From: Chara braunii
Taxonomy: Eukaryota; Plantae; Charophyceae
Direction: 5' to 3'
Assembly (NCBI GenBank): GCA_003427395.1
Contig: BFEA01000037.1
Coordinates: 4,610,666-4,674,665, forward strand
Length of the DNA stretch: 64,000 bases
This document shows positions 11,692-23,363 of the stretch, piece after piece. The position numbers were made by a program, and so were the translations under genes. Numbering within the stretch: position 1 is the stretch's first letter; each line of letters opens with the position of its first letter. The notes under the pieces were generated by a model. The model was not told where the DNA came from. It saw only the letters and a program-made list of their open reading frames with translations, and ran no database searches.

Positions 11692-12258
11692 GGACCGCTA
11701 CTCACCACGATCCCCGCGTTCTAAACGAAGACTTCAAGTAATTCTCCTTTTTAATCCTTCACATCAATAATTCATAGTTTTGAAAAGAAATATTAAGATA
11801 AAATAAATCCAAATAATTTGAGAAAAATAGAAGATCGAAACCCAAGGATCGGAGCACGAACTGAACTCCCTACGCTACTATCAATCACCGATCCTCGTGA
11901 TGTGACCACAGGTTGAAAGCATGGTCCCATAACGGGATACAGATGGGCACACCCTTCTCTTCAAAACACGCCGTCGGTCTATTCCTATTGGGTGACCGTG
12001 TTCGATGGTACGGAGGGGGCTTATGACCTTCCACGAGAAGTGATAAGCCTCCTACCGATGCGGCCACAGGTTGCCCCTCTTTTGGGGTCTTATTGGGCGA
12101 CACTCAGCCAAATAGGTCAGCCACAGTGAAAAGCGAAGGGTCGGGCCAATTTGGGTCATCGGACGACAATCACAGTCCGAAATTGAACCGTTAGTTTCGC
12201 CACGAAGTGACAGAAAGCCGAAAGAGGGAGCCGCGTCTGACGAATCAGCTAATAAGAA

Positions 12259-12318
<60 letters not shown>
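12259..12318. repeat. (TAA)n microsatellite in LTR
   Basis: Directly visible; target of the hAT-like insertion in the 5' LTR copy. Confidence 0.95.
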
Positions 12319-12320
<2 letters not shown>

Positions 12321-12876
12321 TAAGAAAAGTTAGGAAATTTTAACACCACAGTGACCTGAAGCTGCTGGATCTTCCCGAACTAAGGCGAAGGTTCAAATCT
12401 AAGCACAGATCTGACGCTTGACTTTCTTTTCACGTTTTTTTTTCTTTTCTTTCTTTTGCCTTGCTTAGTCCTCTTCTGCTTGATAGTGATAACAACCTCA
12501 TTCATCTAACCCATAACCTGGTTAGAGGGCACTCTGCGCGCAGTAGAAAAGACCGCGCCTGTCCCTCTACCTTTGCGTCCCTTGGCGAGCCCAACGGCTA
12601 CCACGGCCACAGGCCGGTAGTGCTCTGTTGTACAGCAGGGCACCGAGTCTGCGTGGACCAATGGAAAGTCCTGTAGTGCAACTACTTTTTGCCATTGGTA
12701 GCGCCGACTGGACCGATTCCGCAACCGTGCACAACCCGACTGACCATGGTACGCCGTGAGCATGGTAGTGGGAATTCCTAGGTGGACAATCCGATACCAC
12801 ACCTACAGGACTCTGAACACCTCTGGGCAGGGAGTCAGGTACGCAGCGGAGGGCCAGGATACCGCGCCCTACGACA

Positions 12877-12896
12877 TGATACCAAACCCCCGCCCA
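12877..12896 (-). other. Putative plus-strand primer (PPT-equivalent) next to the 3' LTR
   Basis: Minus strand gggcgggggtttggtatca|TGTCG; element 2 has gcgggggtttggtatta|TGTCG at 53042-53058. Confidence 0.55.
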
Positions 12897-13193
12897 GCGT
12901 CCACGCTGGGCCACAAACAAAGTGAGCAGTTAGTATAAAGCAACTGAATCGAAGACCTATTCATTCATTCCTGCAACAATTAATAGCGAAGTCCTCGGTG
13001 TAATTTTGCGCTGGCTGTAGACTCGTGTTTTCACAACGCCGCGCTCCTCTCTCTTTCCATTGTGTAGTTCTGCTCAACCTGCGCAGCTACTTCCTTCTCC
13101 CTTTTCTAATAGTGCATCTCTTACTTTCACGGTTCTCCCTCTATCTCGAACTTCCATAGTTGTACGTCTTTTTACCCCCGACTCTTTTACACC

Positions 13194-13550
13194 ATGTCTG
13201 AAGCACGCCATGGACAGGGAAGAGGGAGAGGCGATAGGGGAGGAAAAACTCGTGAAGAGCCACCGATTCGCACACGGCGTGAATATAGTTCAGAGGAGGA
13301 GGGAGAGGAAGCGAGAGGATATGGTTCTTATATGGGGCCATGCCCTCGTCATCCTCTCGCTGGTTGGCATTAAAGAACTCCATCCCCAACAAAATTGAGT
13401 ATTATCAGAAGAAGAGAGAGGCGCGGTACGACGCTCCAAGCTCCTCCTCTCCTCCATACTCGCCTAGAGCCCCTACTATACCCGAGGCAAGCAGAGCCCT
13501 AGTGTCTGTTCCATCATCCTCTATCCCATGCACGCTCTCCCTTTTCATCT
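13194..13550 (+). pseudogene. Antisense ORF of element 1 (RGRG / acidic / SP-rich small protein)
   Basis: accATG at 13194: MSEARHGQGRGRGDRGGKTREEPPIRTRREYSSEEEGEEARGYGS...GWH*...EYYQKKREARYDAPSSSSPPYSPRAPTIPEASRAL; homologue at ~53365-53770; TATAAA upstream at 12934. Confidence 0.65.
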
Positions 13551-13999
13551 TAATACCTGCACTCTTCTTTGCATCTTCTTTCTTCTTTCTCTACTTCATA
13601 TTGAATTCATGGTTATCTTTTATCTCTTGCATAAGCACGATATCCTTCCCTTGAGCTTCGGAGTCTTCCCCTTACCTTAATTTCTCAGTCTATTTCATAC
13701 TTCAAAGCGTCACTGGCTTAAGAGTTTGAATACCTTGAGGCCGGGGATGTAGGTTCCTTGTGAACCAGACCGCTCTGTAGGCCACCGAATAAAATTTACG
13801 AAGGATTACTTCTTAGTTTTTTCATCTGCAATTTGGCTTTGACTTTCTGTTGTCGTCAAATCTGAATTTCTACTTGACCTTTTTCAGAAGAGAGGTTACC
13901 TCATTTTTCATTTTTTATAGTGTTTCCAGGAATATCGTCAAATTGAATCTGGCGTTAGCACTATGGACACTCACTGTCGGCAGTATCATGGGTAAGTCA

Positions 14000-14170
14000 T
14001 ACCAAACCCTTTCCTCTTTCTTTGGCCTGAGTGAGATGTCTTCTCAAGTTCTCGAGCAAACCAGGGGATACCAAACCTTATTCTTTTTCTCCGGCCTAAG
14101 CGAGGTGTGCCCTCAACTTCTCAGACAAATGAAGGGGGATACCAAACCCCTTTTCTTTTCTCTGGCCGTA
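14000..14170. repeat. ~69-71-bp degenerate tandem repeat (about 2.5 copies) in the 3' internal region
   Basis: taccaaacc at 14000, 14069, 14140; same array in element 2 at 54233, 54302, 54372. Confidence 0.75.
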
Positions 14171-15199
14171 GAGTTTCAGAAGAGTCTGCATGATCCTGCA
14201 AAACAGCAATTCCACAACCTTCCAAATATATCCTCAACATACAGACTTTCTGACAGACAATCACCACGCAGTAATTAAACAAAATAACCCAAAAGTTATT
14301 GATTGCTTTGGTTTTGACCCACCACTGGCGAGGAATGACAGACCTTCTGTCAGTCTGGCATACCTTATTCGGCCCGCCTCAAGCCAGGACCAATCAGACC
14401 ATTTGTCTTGACGACCCCTTTAACCTGCCTTCAGGTTAGGACCACCATATCTAGTACTCGAGTATAGTGACCCTTTAGCACTCTCGCCAAGACACCCGGA
14501 CTATAGTGGGTTTGGTCACCCTATAATAGTAGACCACCCGTTAGTCAAACTGTCCATATTCATATCTCACCACTGTGGTCGGGGACCGCTCACCTACCAG
14601 TTCTTGGCCTAGGGCGTTGGCTGCCTTGCCCTGACTTTTGAACGTGGGACCGGTCTAACCACGGTTTTAGGCTCTGGCGAACCTCACTGGATTGCAACCT
14701 CTGACTATGGTAGGGTTCCAACTGATCTCTTTTGACCTCACAGACCAGATTCCTAGAGTCTTAGCCTCAGTCAACTACGGAATTCGACACTCACGTAGGG
14801 GACCTGCTGTCCCTGCCAGATTGCAACCTACTGCGGTAAGGCTCTGGCTGACCCTGACAATCAATGCATCTTTAGGTTAGAGAAGAAAATCCCAGGCACA
14901 GACAGCCAAACAAACATCTCATGCCCACAGTTAGTCAGTCCATGCCCCAGATAACAGGACAGACATTTCTCAAGAGATGTCCCTTCAGTCTCAAGAGGCA
15001 CTGAACAACAACAAACGACAGCCGACAATGCACTTTCTAAAGAACTCCCTTCAGCCTAAGGAAACGCAAAGTGCTGATCCCAGAGAGGTCCCTTCCCTCA
15101 TCTGAGAATACTCCCAAGAGACCTCCCGTCAGTCTCCAGGAAGTATAGAAATATTGACTCCAAAGAGGTCTCTTCCCTCATCTCGGATAAAAAACAGAC

Positions 15200-15372
15200 A
15201 ACTTAGTCAAGAAACACGAAGTCCCCATGCCGACAACTCTCTGGTCAAGCAAGGCTGAACTTCTTTATGCCTATCTTCTTGACAACTCTCTTGGACGGAC
15301 AATTTAGTCAGAAGACACGAAGTCCCTCTACTGATAACTTTCTAGTCAGATAGAGCTGAACTTCTTTATGCC
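15200..15372. repeat. ~100-bp tandem duplication in the 3' internal region
   Basis: ttagtcaagaaacacgaagtccc...ctgaacttctttatgcc twice; also in element 2 at ~55390-55562. Confidence 0.7.
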
Positions 15373-15699
15373 CGTCAGATTTTCTCTTTATCACGAAATT
15401 GATGATGGTTACTCTTTGATATGCCACGACCACGAGTTCTGTAAACTTAACATCATTGCAACTGCTTCTCACAGTTGTCCCCTACTCAGGGATCTGGTGC
15501 TCGTGGATCAACTGCGGCTCGATATTTATGACACTTTTATCTCATAGTCTCTGTCACTTATATCAGCTCAGGTGCAGAAACGAATATAGATCATCTGAAG
15601 ATCTTTCTCTAGTCTCTCGTGTCATAAGTTGATAAGCTGAAAATTGACATACTGAATTGACAATGCAAAAGTAGTTAAAGTCTGTTGAAATTTTGTCTT

Positions 15700-18600
15700 T
15701 GTTGTGTCTCTCGGTCTCACTATACTCCTCTCATTTTTCTGAAGCAGTTCTTTTACCGGATGGTTGAATTTTCCCCCCTTCTTTACAATCATTGTAAGGA
15801 CCAGGTCAGGGTCTCTGAAGATGAACTTACAAAGTCTTGACCCTGATACTATATCATGAACTCTTGAACCATCTATCTCTGATATCTAATAAACTTTATC
15901 TTCTGCTTCGCCTGTAATTCTGTAGGGACCGAACTATCTGGATTCCAATCGTTTAGTCCACCGGGTCTCAAAGGAATTGTCAAATAGGAGGACAACGTCA
16001 CCAACCTTCAATTTCTCTTTTCTTATATATCTCTTTTTGTTTCATCTCTCTTGATCTGATAGTCAGCTAATTGCCATTCTCTCTGCAACATCCATTACTG
16101 TCTGGTCAACCTCTGATATCTGCCTCATTCTGATCTGAAGAAGTTCTGAGATAGAGTACTATCTATCACTCTCTTGACCTAACAATGTTTTAATTATACT
16201 CTCAATAGGGAGAGTGACATACCGTTCATACTACAAAGTGAATGGAGCATAATCTGTGGTTCTCTTGATAGTGATGTTGTAAGCATAAACTGCAGCTTTG
16301 AGTACTTTCGGCCAATTACTGAGGTTTCCTTCACAACATTTAGCCAATGAATCTTTCAGCGTTTTGTGACCTCTCTCGACAGGTATGTTTGCTTGAGGAT
16401 GATAGGTGGTTACATTTTGAATTATAACACCCAGTCTGAGAGTGGTTCTTCTTACGATCTTATTCCTGAATTCAGATCCTCTGTCTGAAACAAACTCTCT
16501 GATAAAGGGGTATCTGAGATAAACTTCCTTTATTTAGTCAGTCACTTGCTCGGTTGTCTTCCTCTTCAGAGTCTTTGCCTCAACATATCCTGAAAAATTA
16601 TCTTTCATGTTCAATATGTATCTCATACCACCCTTGCCTAGGGGCATGGTGGTGAGGTCCAAGTGGACTCGATTGTCTGGCTCTACTAGGATAGTGGGAA
16701 ATAAAGGTTCGATCATCCTATTTGTAAGACCTCTTCTGACACAACACACAAAACCAGAAATCGAGTTTAACGGTCTTAGAGAAGGTTGCTACAACAACCC
16801 TATGACCACCAATAACCCCTCGTGTAAAATAACAATTATTTCGAGTCGTCTTTCTTTTCCACAAACCACCCTTAATGGAGGCACCCCTCCATTGCCATCC
16901 ACAAAGAGGTGACATCTCTTAATCCTGAACTTTTTCCTTGAATTTTTGCAGTAATATTCCTTTAATCATTCTTTTTCCATCTTCTTCTTCTCTTGATAAA
17001 TCTCATCATATTCTTCAAAGATGAATGATATCTCTTCCTCTTTCTTCTCACCCTCTTCTTTATTTTTTGAACCGGAGTTTTTTCTGGTTCATGAGCAGCC
17101 ACAACAAACATTTTGTTTTTCCTCTTCTTCATTTTCAATGATTAATTCATAGACATAAGCATCAAAGATTTCTCTTCAACTGTCTCTCTTTTCAGGTCAT
17201 AGGGTCCATTTATAGGAACTAAGAACCCTATAGTCTTCATCATCGTCCTCATTCCTGAAATTATCAATATAGGCAGATTCTTCAATTGACCCATCAACAT
17301 TCTCTTCTTCTTCTTTCCTCCATTTAATTCTGCTTAAACTATCCGCCCGATTATTTTCAGTAGGGATATTTTCCAGTTTAAAATCAAAAGTTCAGATAAA
17401 GGCAATCCACCAACTTACTATTGGATCTACTTGTTGATGCTTTTTAATAGCACCTATCACAACAGATGCATCAGTTCTCATGATGAACCTCCTCCCGAGT
17501 ACATAGTGCCTGAAGCACCTGAGACAATGGTTGATTGCTAGTCACTCTTTTCTAAACTGGTGTAGTCTCTTTCTGTAGAGTTAAGAGTTCTACTCTTAAA
17601 TCTCAGGGGTCTCTCTTTTTCATTCCCATCTTTTTGAATAAGCACACCACTAAGAGTTACTGGTCCCCCATCTGCCTCGATGATGAAGGGTCTCCTCTCC
17701 TCATCATCGTAAAAAGGCACTCCCAACACTACACCTTCATTTTTAATTTTTCTTGTAGAGTTTCTGCAACAATGTGTCTTTTCTTAGTGCAAGATAAGTC
17801 AACCCATTGTCTCACAATCTCTCTTAGAGGTTCTACAAGGGTAGCAAAATGAGAAATGAAAATCCTTCAGAACCCACAGACACCCAAGAAGCTTCTGACG
17901 TCTGTCACTCGTTTGAGAGGCAAAAGTCAGTTCAAAATTATATCTATCTTCTTGGGGTCAGGGCTCCTACCATTGGAGAAGCATCTAAAGCCAAAGATGG
18001 TTACCTCTGCTTGAAAGAGGAGGGACTTTGGCGCACTGGCAGTCAGATTGTATTTCAGAAGTCTCTTTAAGACCAGCTTTACTCCTTCAGCATATTCTCA
18101 GACGAACTTTCTGACTTCATCAGCGACCAAAGTCTCATCTCTTATTATGAGTCTTTTCACAGGATTATCATCAATACAAGGATTGATTATCTCATGAGAG
18201 ATGTCCTGTATGACTTGGATCATATCCCTTTGAACCACTGTCACGCCATTGGTCCAACCTTGAGGTACCACGCACATCAATGAGCCCTCTTGGCGTGTGC
18301 ATGACGGTCATCGGTCGGTTGGTGGGATCAATGAGAAACTGATTATAGCCAGAATACAAATAAACTAAAGAATAAATGCATCGACCAGCAAAGGATTCAA
18401 AAAGGAGATCAGCATTAGGAAGGCTACCTGCATCACGTATCGTTATTGAATTGAGCTTCTGAAGTTTTTGTATCCATCTTAATCCAACCCCTGATTTCCA
18501 AAAACAAAACCCGTAATTAGAGACAATCTTCTTATCAAGACACTTCACCACCTCTGCCTCTTCCTTCTGGGATACTTGGTTGGTCTATCATTCCATGAAA

Positions 18601-19650
18601 TATGTTCAACTGTCCAAATTTTTGTCATCTTAATCATATTCACGTCCAACCGCCCGCTCACCTCATCATTAAAGGAGAAACCAGAGAACTCTTGACACAT
18701 CTTGAATATATATTATTTCTCTTTAGACAAGATTAACTGATTTGAACCTATCTTCATCGTGTCAAACCTTTCTCTGGTGACTCTACTACTCAATTTTGCA
18801 GATTTTCTTAATACTTAATAATGCTCATTTCTTTCTCCAGTGCTTCATCATAATCATTTTCAATTAGGACTGCCACCGGGTTCTTTTTTACCCCATTGGG
18901 TTTGTATTTTTTATTTGACCCAGTGACTATTTTCTTAAAAAATGATGAGTTGATGCAAATTTTAATTTCATTTTTTCACTCTTAGCAGTTTTAACAGCCT
19001 TCTTAAATGCTTCAATCTGTCCATTTTCATCTTTGAGCTTGCCAAAACTTTCATCATCTTTGAAATCTGATTAATATCAACTGAGACTTCCTCCTTTGAC
19101 TCTTGCTTGTCTTTTTCTTTTATCTTCATAATCTTCTCAATAAATTTTTCCGTTCTGATTGAGTTAGCTGATACCTTATACTTATAACGATGAGAAGGGC
19201 ATACCATAAATGTATGTTTCTGTGCAGTCTCTGGATCTTGCAAACCAATCCAGGACGACCCTTCATGATTGAAGAACTGGACAACTTTCATCCTGTGCAA
19301 AAACGAAGTGTCCATAATACAATCATGGTCTAGATATGGTACCACAAATCCTAACAGTTCGACTGAAATCATCTTAACCTTGATGGGCAAATTGTCAATG
19401 AATCCAACCACAAAGAGTTTTTCAGCAATATTACTTAGTATTTGCTTCGTGGGCCTATCAATGGTCACGTTGCGGACTTCCATTGCCTTCTAAGAGATAA
19501 GTATCATTTCCGCCCAAGAGTCCGCTAAGGCTCGGATTTTTACATGATTAATGTAGATAGTTAAATACCCACATCCCATGGTTGCGAATTTCATCTTACA
19601 TTAAGGTAAGGTCCTGTTGACTTGGTTGGGGAAGACTGGTCCCAGGTAAT
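15700..19650 (-). pseudogene. pol: Element 1 pol (PR-RT-RNaseH-INT), many stops/frameshifts
   Basis: PR ALADSWAEM (~19510-19535); RT VPQGWTNG and NPCIDDNPVK; RH FIIEADGGP...RPLRFKSRTLNSTERDY; INT RVHLDLTTMPLGKGG, FVSDRGSEF, GPY-like C-terminus; HHCC region partly deleted near 16745-16770. Confidence 0.93.
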
Positions 19651-21343
19651 TAACTTACATCCTTTTTTTTTCAATTAACTTCTTGAGTTCCTCTCTCAAC
19701 TTTGGTGCTAACGTCATTGCCTCTTTGAAAGACAAAGTCAGTTTTGTTTCTTCTAACATTTTTGTAATTGCATCTGTACTTGCAGTTTCATCTTCCAACT
19801 CACTCTTGATGATACATTTTTTCTTTTTCCCTTGCTCACTCTTTTTAGATTATGGGTGTAGTTCTTGATCATCAAGAATGTCAATTAGAGTCTCTTCGGT
19901 CTTTTTTATCTTCCTTTCCTCTATCATTTGTGGCGTAAAGCGTGCTTGAAGATTTCTCACTTCTCCAAACATTGAACTGGGTTCCATGATGAGTTTCGGT
20001 GGTAGATCACCCTCAAAAGACATCATGTTGGCCGAACAGACGGGCTCGCTAGGAGAAAATGTCACCAACTCAGAAGAAATCCGAGAAGCAGAACTCTCCC
20101 CTAACGATAGTCCACTTGAAAAAACCTCACCAGACATGTCTTCCATTAAAGTTAGAGCCGTAGAGACGATTCAATCAATGAAAGAGGGTCATCGTTTTTT
20201 TGCATAAGTTCTTCAGACAATTCACCAACGAGGAAGTGAACACTCACATTGACATTTCTCTTCTTTTTTTTCTTCATCCTTTCTTCATGTTTAAGGGCAA
20301 AAAGTCTCATACCTCCAGGATGCCTGGGATCCAGTTCGTTCTATGAACTATCACAGACATGACTCATTGCATCCTTCTTAGCCACCCCACTTTTCACATC
20401 CTCTTCCAGAGGTTTACAGTAGGTGGTAGTATGACCTCCTTCACCACAGTAGTAACAGATAAAACTTTTTCTTGGACGATCATCATACTTTCTTCTCTCT
20501 CTGTTTTCTTTTCCACCATTCCTTCTATTCTTTCAAGATCTGGAGGAATCCCCTCTCTTACCATAGTCACCATCATCGTCATTATCTTCCTCATCTTCAC
20601 ATTCTGTTTTTCTTCTTCCCTTTTTCGTCCACAGCATGATTAACAAACATATAATTGACCATAACCCGTTGAATAATTTTCTCAGCATTCAAATTGTTCC
20701 CTCTGTTCATACCATTTTCGGTTTCCCAGTTTTTAGCCAGTGTACTGATCTGATTTAGTGACCACTTCTTGTGTGAGACTGTAGGCAGAGTTCTGACTAT
20801 TGTAACAATTTCATCCTACATGAGAGGGTAGTGCTGAGTTTGATTGTAAAATTAGTTAGAAAAATATGACATCTCTGAGCCTCATCCAAATATGGGATTC
20901 TCCTGGCTATTCGGATGAAAGTTTAGAGGAAGACATTGAAGGTTTCATACTTAGCTCTTATGATGTTGAGAAGATCCTTTGTGGTAGTTGAAACCGAGTC
21001 TTTCTCAAATTCTCTTTTGATTCTCTCTTTGACTTCTTCCTATGTTGTAGCCTCTTCCATCAACTCTTGAACAACCAACCTCGAGTCAGTATCACAATAA
21101 GATAGAAGGCGCTTGCTGTTTGTCTGTCCATCCATAACTGAACCCAAATAATTCATACTCATCCAGGAAATCATTTACTTGAGGTCCTCTTAAGCATGAA
21201 ATCCTCCCATCCGGTCTCTTTGCTCTCGCAATATCTGACCCTCCTTTTATTGTGTTAACTCTCTGGACCAGCTCTTGTATAACACTGATTAGGGTTTCTT
21301 CATGGGTCCCCGCGGAAGAGCTAGGTCTCCCTCGTCCAACCAT
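19650..21343 (-). pseudogene. gag: Element 1 gag
   Basis: MVGRGRP...QVNDFLDEYELFGFSYGWTDKQ capsid-like N-terminus; CYYCGEGGHTTTYC zinc knuckle at ~20415-20460. Confidence 0.85.
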
Positions 21344-21584
21344 TTTGACTATAAACTTCCCCGATACTTTCTTATCTTTCTTCTGTCACTTTTGTCTTCT
21401 CCTCTCTTATTTTTCAATCTCTTACTCTTCATGCAAGGAATGCAGGTTCGTTTATCTCTTTTCTTGTTTGCTTTACCCCTTGCGAGTTTTGTACGTAGAG
21501 AGTGTAGGCAATAATAGACCGAGTAGTGATCAAAGGCAACGCAATCCTTCTCAGCCTTCCGATGTAATCCTCAATCAGTTCTTT

Positions 21585-21875
21585 CTAATCATCGCTGTTA
21601 ATTCTTATGGCAAGAGAAACTCGTTCTCTGGAGGAGTGATATGAAACTCTCTCAATGATTCCCACTTTCACCACATTTAGTAAATAGTTGATCTCAATCT
21701 GGTCAGTGACGATTCTCAAGGCAGAGTCTCCCATCTTATCAAAGAAAGGTTGCAGAAACTCAAACTCATCCAAAGTAGAGAGACTCATGTCTGAGATCCG
21801 AAGAATCCATTCTATCTTGACTATCTCTACTTCCAATACAACCCCAAACGTTAACTATTCAACGGAACCAGACAT
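21585..21875 (-). pseudogene. Leader accessory ORF D (96 aa, unknown)
   Basis: MSGSVE*LTFGVVLEVEIVK...RINSDD; same length as the intact orthologue at 62159-62449. Confidence 0.7.
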
Positions 21876-21896
21876 TATTGATCACTATGGACAGTT

Positions 21897-22386
21897 TCAG
21901 GAGAGGTAGATCTCTCGAAGAGTGTAGTCTGAGATCTCAAACTGGTGCTTAAAACTATTTAAAAGTAAGAACTTCATCACCACCAAAAAATCACTCTCTT
22001 TTGTGTTACGTATTATGACAACAACTTCTAGGAGAGGTAACCAATCTCTCTTTTCGTCAAAGTCATCAGTAGTTAAGAAGCAAGGGAGTCTCAAATTGCC
22101 TTATTCCTTCTCCCAAAGTTACTTTTCCCCGTAAGTTTTCCAACCACTTTTTTGTCTTTATAAGACTAATATAAACTCTCAACCGATATTCCAAATAATC
22201 AACTTTCTTCTCTAGGCATGCTGGAACGTAAATTCTCACAGTCAGGCTGCCGGTGTTCAGAAACTTAACCACTGGAATGTGAAATATTATTTGTCCTCTT
22301 GCACATGTCTCATACCTCAGAATTGCAAACGGAGTCACCTCATAAAGTCTACCTCTCACAACAGTTATCCTTGTTGTTAAGAGCAT
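21897..22386 (-). pseudogene. Leader accessory ORF C (paralogue family), one frameshift
   Basis: MLLTTR...FAILRYE...SLTVRIYVP...RDWLPLLEVV...EIYLS*; ATG overlaps the ORF B stop (TAATG); intact orthologue at 62471-62971. Confidence 0.75.
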
Positions 22387-22868
22387 TATTTTTTAGCCCT
22401 CTTCACCTTATATACAAAATCTATCATGACTGACCAATTGTCCCTTGAAAACTTAAGTCCTTCAACATCTGAAAATGGTATCCCAGTGAAAGGTCTAACA
22501 TAGGTATTCCAAAAGAAGTTCTCCCCTTCTTATTCAAGTCTTCTTCTTTCGTCATGCACAATATATGACGCTCGTTGCTAATATCGACCACTTCTACACT
22601 CTTCGAACCTATGTCGTGGCACGTAGATCTCAACGTCAAACTCATCAAGGTCAATAAAATAGGAAGTAAGGACATACATATCATCAAGTTCTCATCCTAG
22701 GTTCTTTAGTGCCTCATACCTCATAATCTCGTAGGGAATAACAACTCTCATTGTTATAGAATTAAGAGAATTGAGCAGTTTATCAGAATCCTCCTTACTC
22801 AGCCTCCTATACCCTCTTCCCAGCCTAAACCAGGGTCTCACTTTTGGAGGTACGTATGGTTGACTCAT
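22386..22868 (-). pseudogene. Leader accessory ORF B (160 aa, paralogue family), in-frame stops
   Basis: MSQPYVPPKVRPWFRLGRGYRRLSKEDSDKLLNSLNSITMRVVIPYEIMRYE...FDVEIYVP...RDNWSVMIDFVYKVKRAKK*; 483 nt; ATG overlaps the ORF A stop (ATGA); orthologue at 63708-64000. Confidence 0.75.
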
Positions 22869-23344
22869 TTGCGTCTTTGGTCTCTTCTCACTTTCAGTGC
22901 AAACTCAATCACAGCAGACCAGTTGTTTCTCGACAAAATATTAGGTAAAGGAGGAGCTGGGAATCCCTTAAAGGGGGCAAACCTAGTAGATCCAATGAAG
23001 TACTTATTTTCTCTCTCAAGTCTCTCTTTCTCTTTCAGTACAACTTCCTCGGCAAATCTCCAACATCTTTCATACACACCGTCAATACTTCTTTCTTTAG
23101 GAATATAAATTCTTACATCATATGTGTTCAAGTCTGTAAAGTAGAATGTCAGAAAATAGAATCATTCTTGCTCTCATCCACTCTCGACCATCTCATACTT
23201 GACGATCTTGTATAAGAATTTCTTACTTAAAGCATTTAGTGATCTCAGGAGACACTCAACGTTTTCCTTGCTTGGACCTGAAGCTTTGCCAAATTTCAGT
23301 CTTCTCTGTCTGGTTTCCTCTGCGGAAGTTTCTCTTGCTCTCAT
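22865..23344 (-). pseudogene. Leader accessory ORF A (159 aa, paralogue family), in-frame stops
   Basis: MRARETSAEE...SKENVECLLRSLNALSKKFLYKIVKYE...YDVRIYIPKE...RCWRFAEEVVLKEKERLER...RNNWSAVIEF...RRK*; 480 nt. Confidence 0.72.
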
Positions 23345-23363
23345 GTCAGCCTTCTCATTTTTT

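Larger units (their letters stand above)
4249..12876 (-). repeat. Element 1 3' LTR (8.6 kb including a 983-bp insertion)
   Basis: Colinear with 24093-33440 over its whole length (roughly 85-90% by eye); homology starts at tgtc (4249/24093) and ends at cgccct(a/c)cgaca (12876/33440). Confidence 0.9.

Noticed and set aside
12877-12884. TGGTATCA on the minus strand resembling a tRNA-iMet PBS
   Set aside because: It precedes rather than follows an LTR, does not extend as TGGTATCAGAGC, and reads TGGTATTA in element 2; the real PBS is the Asp-type site at 24071-24088
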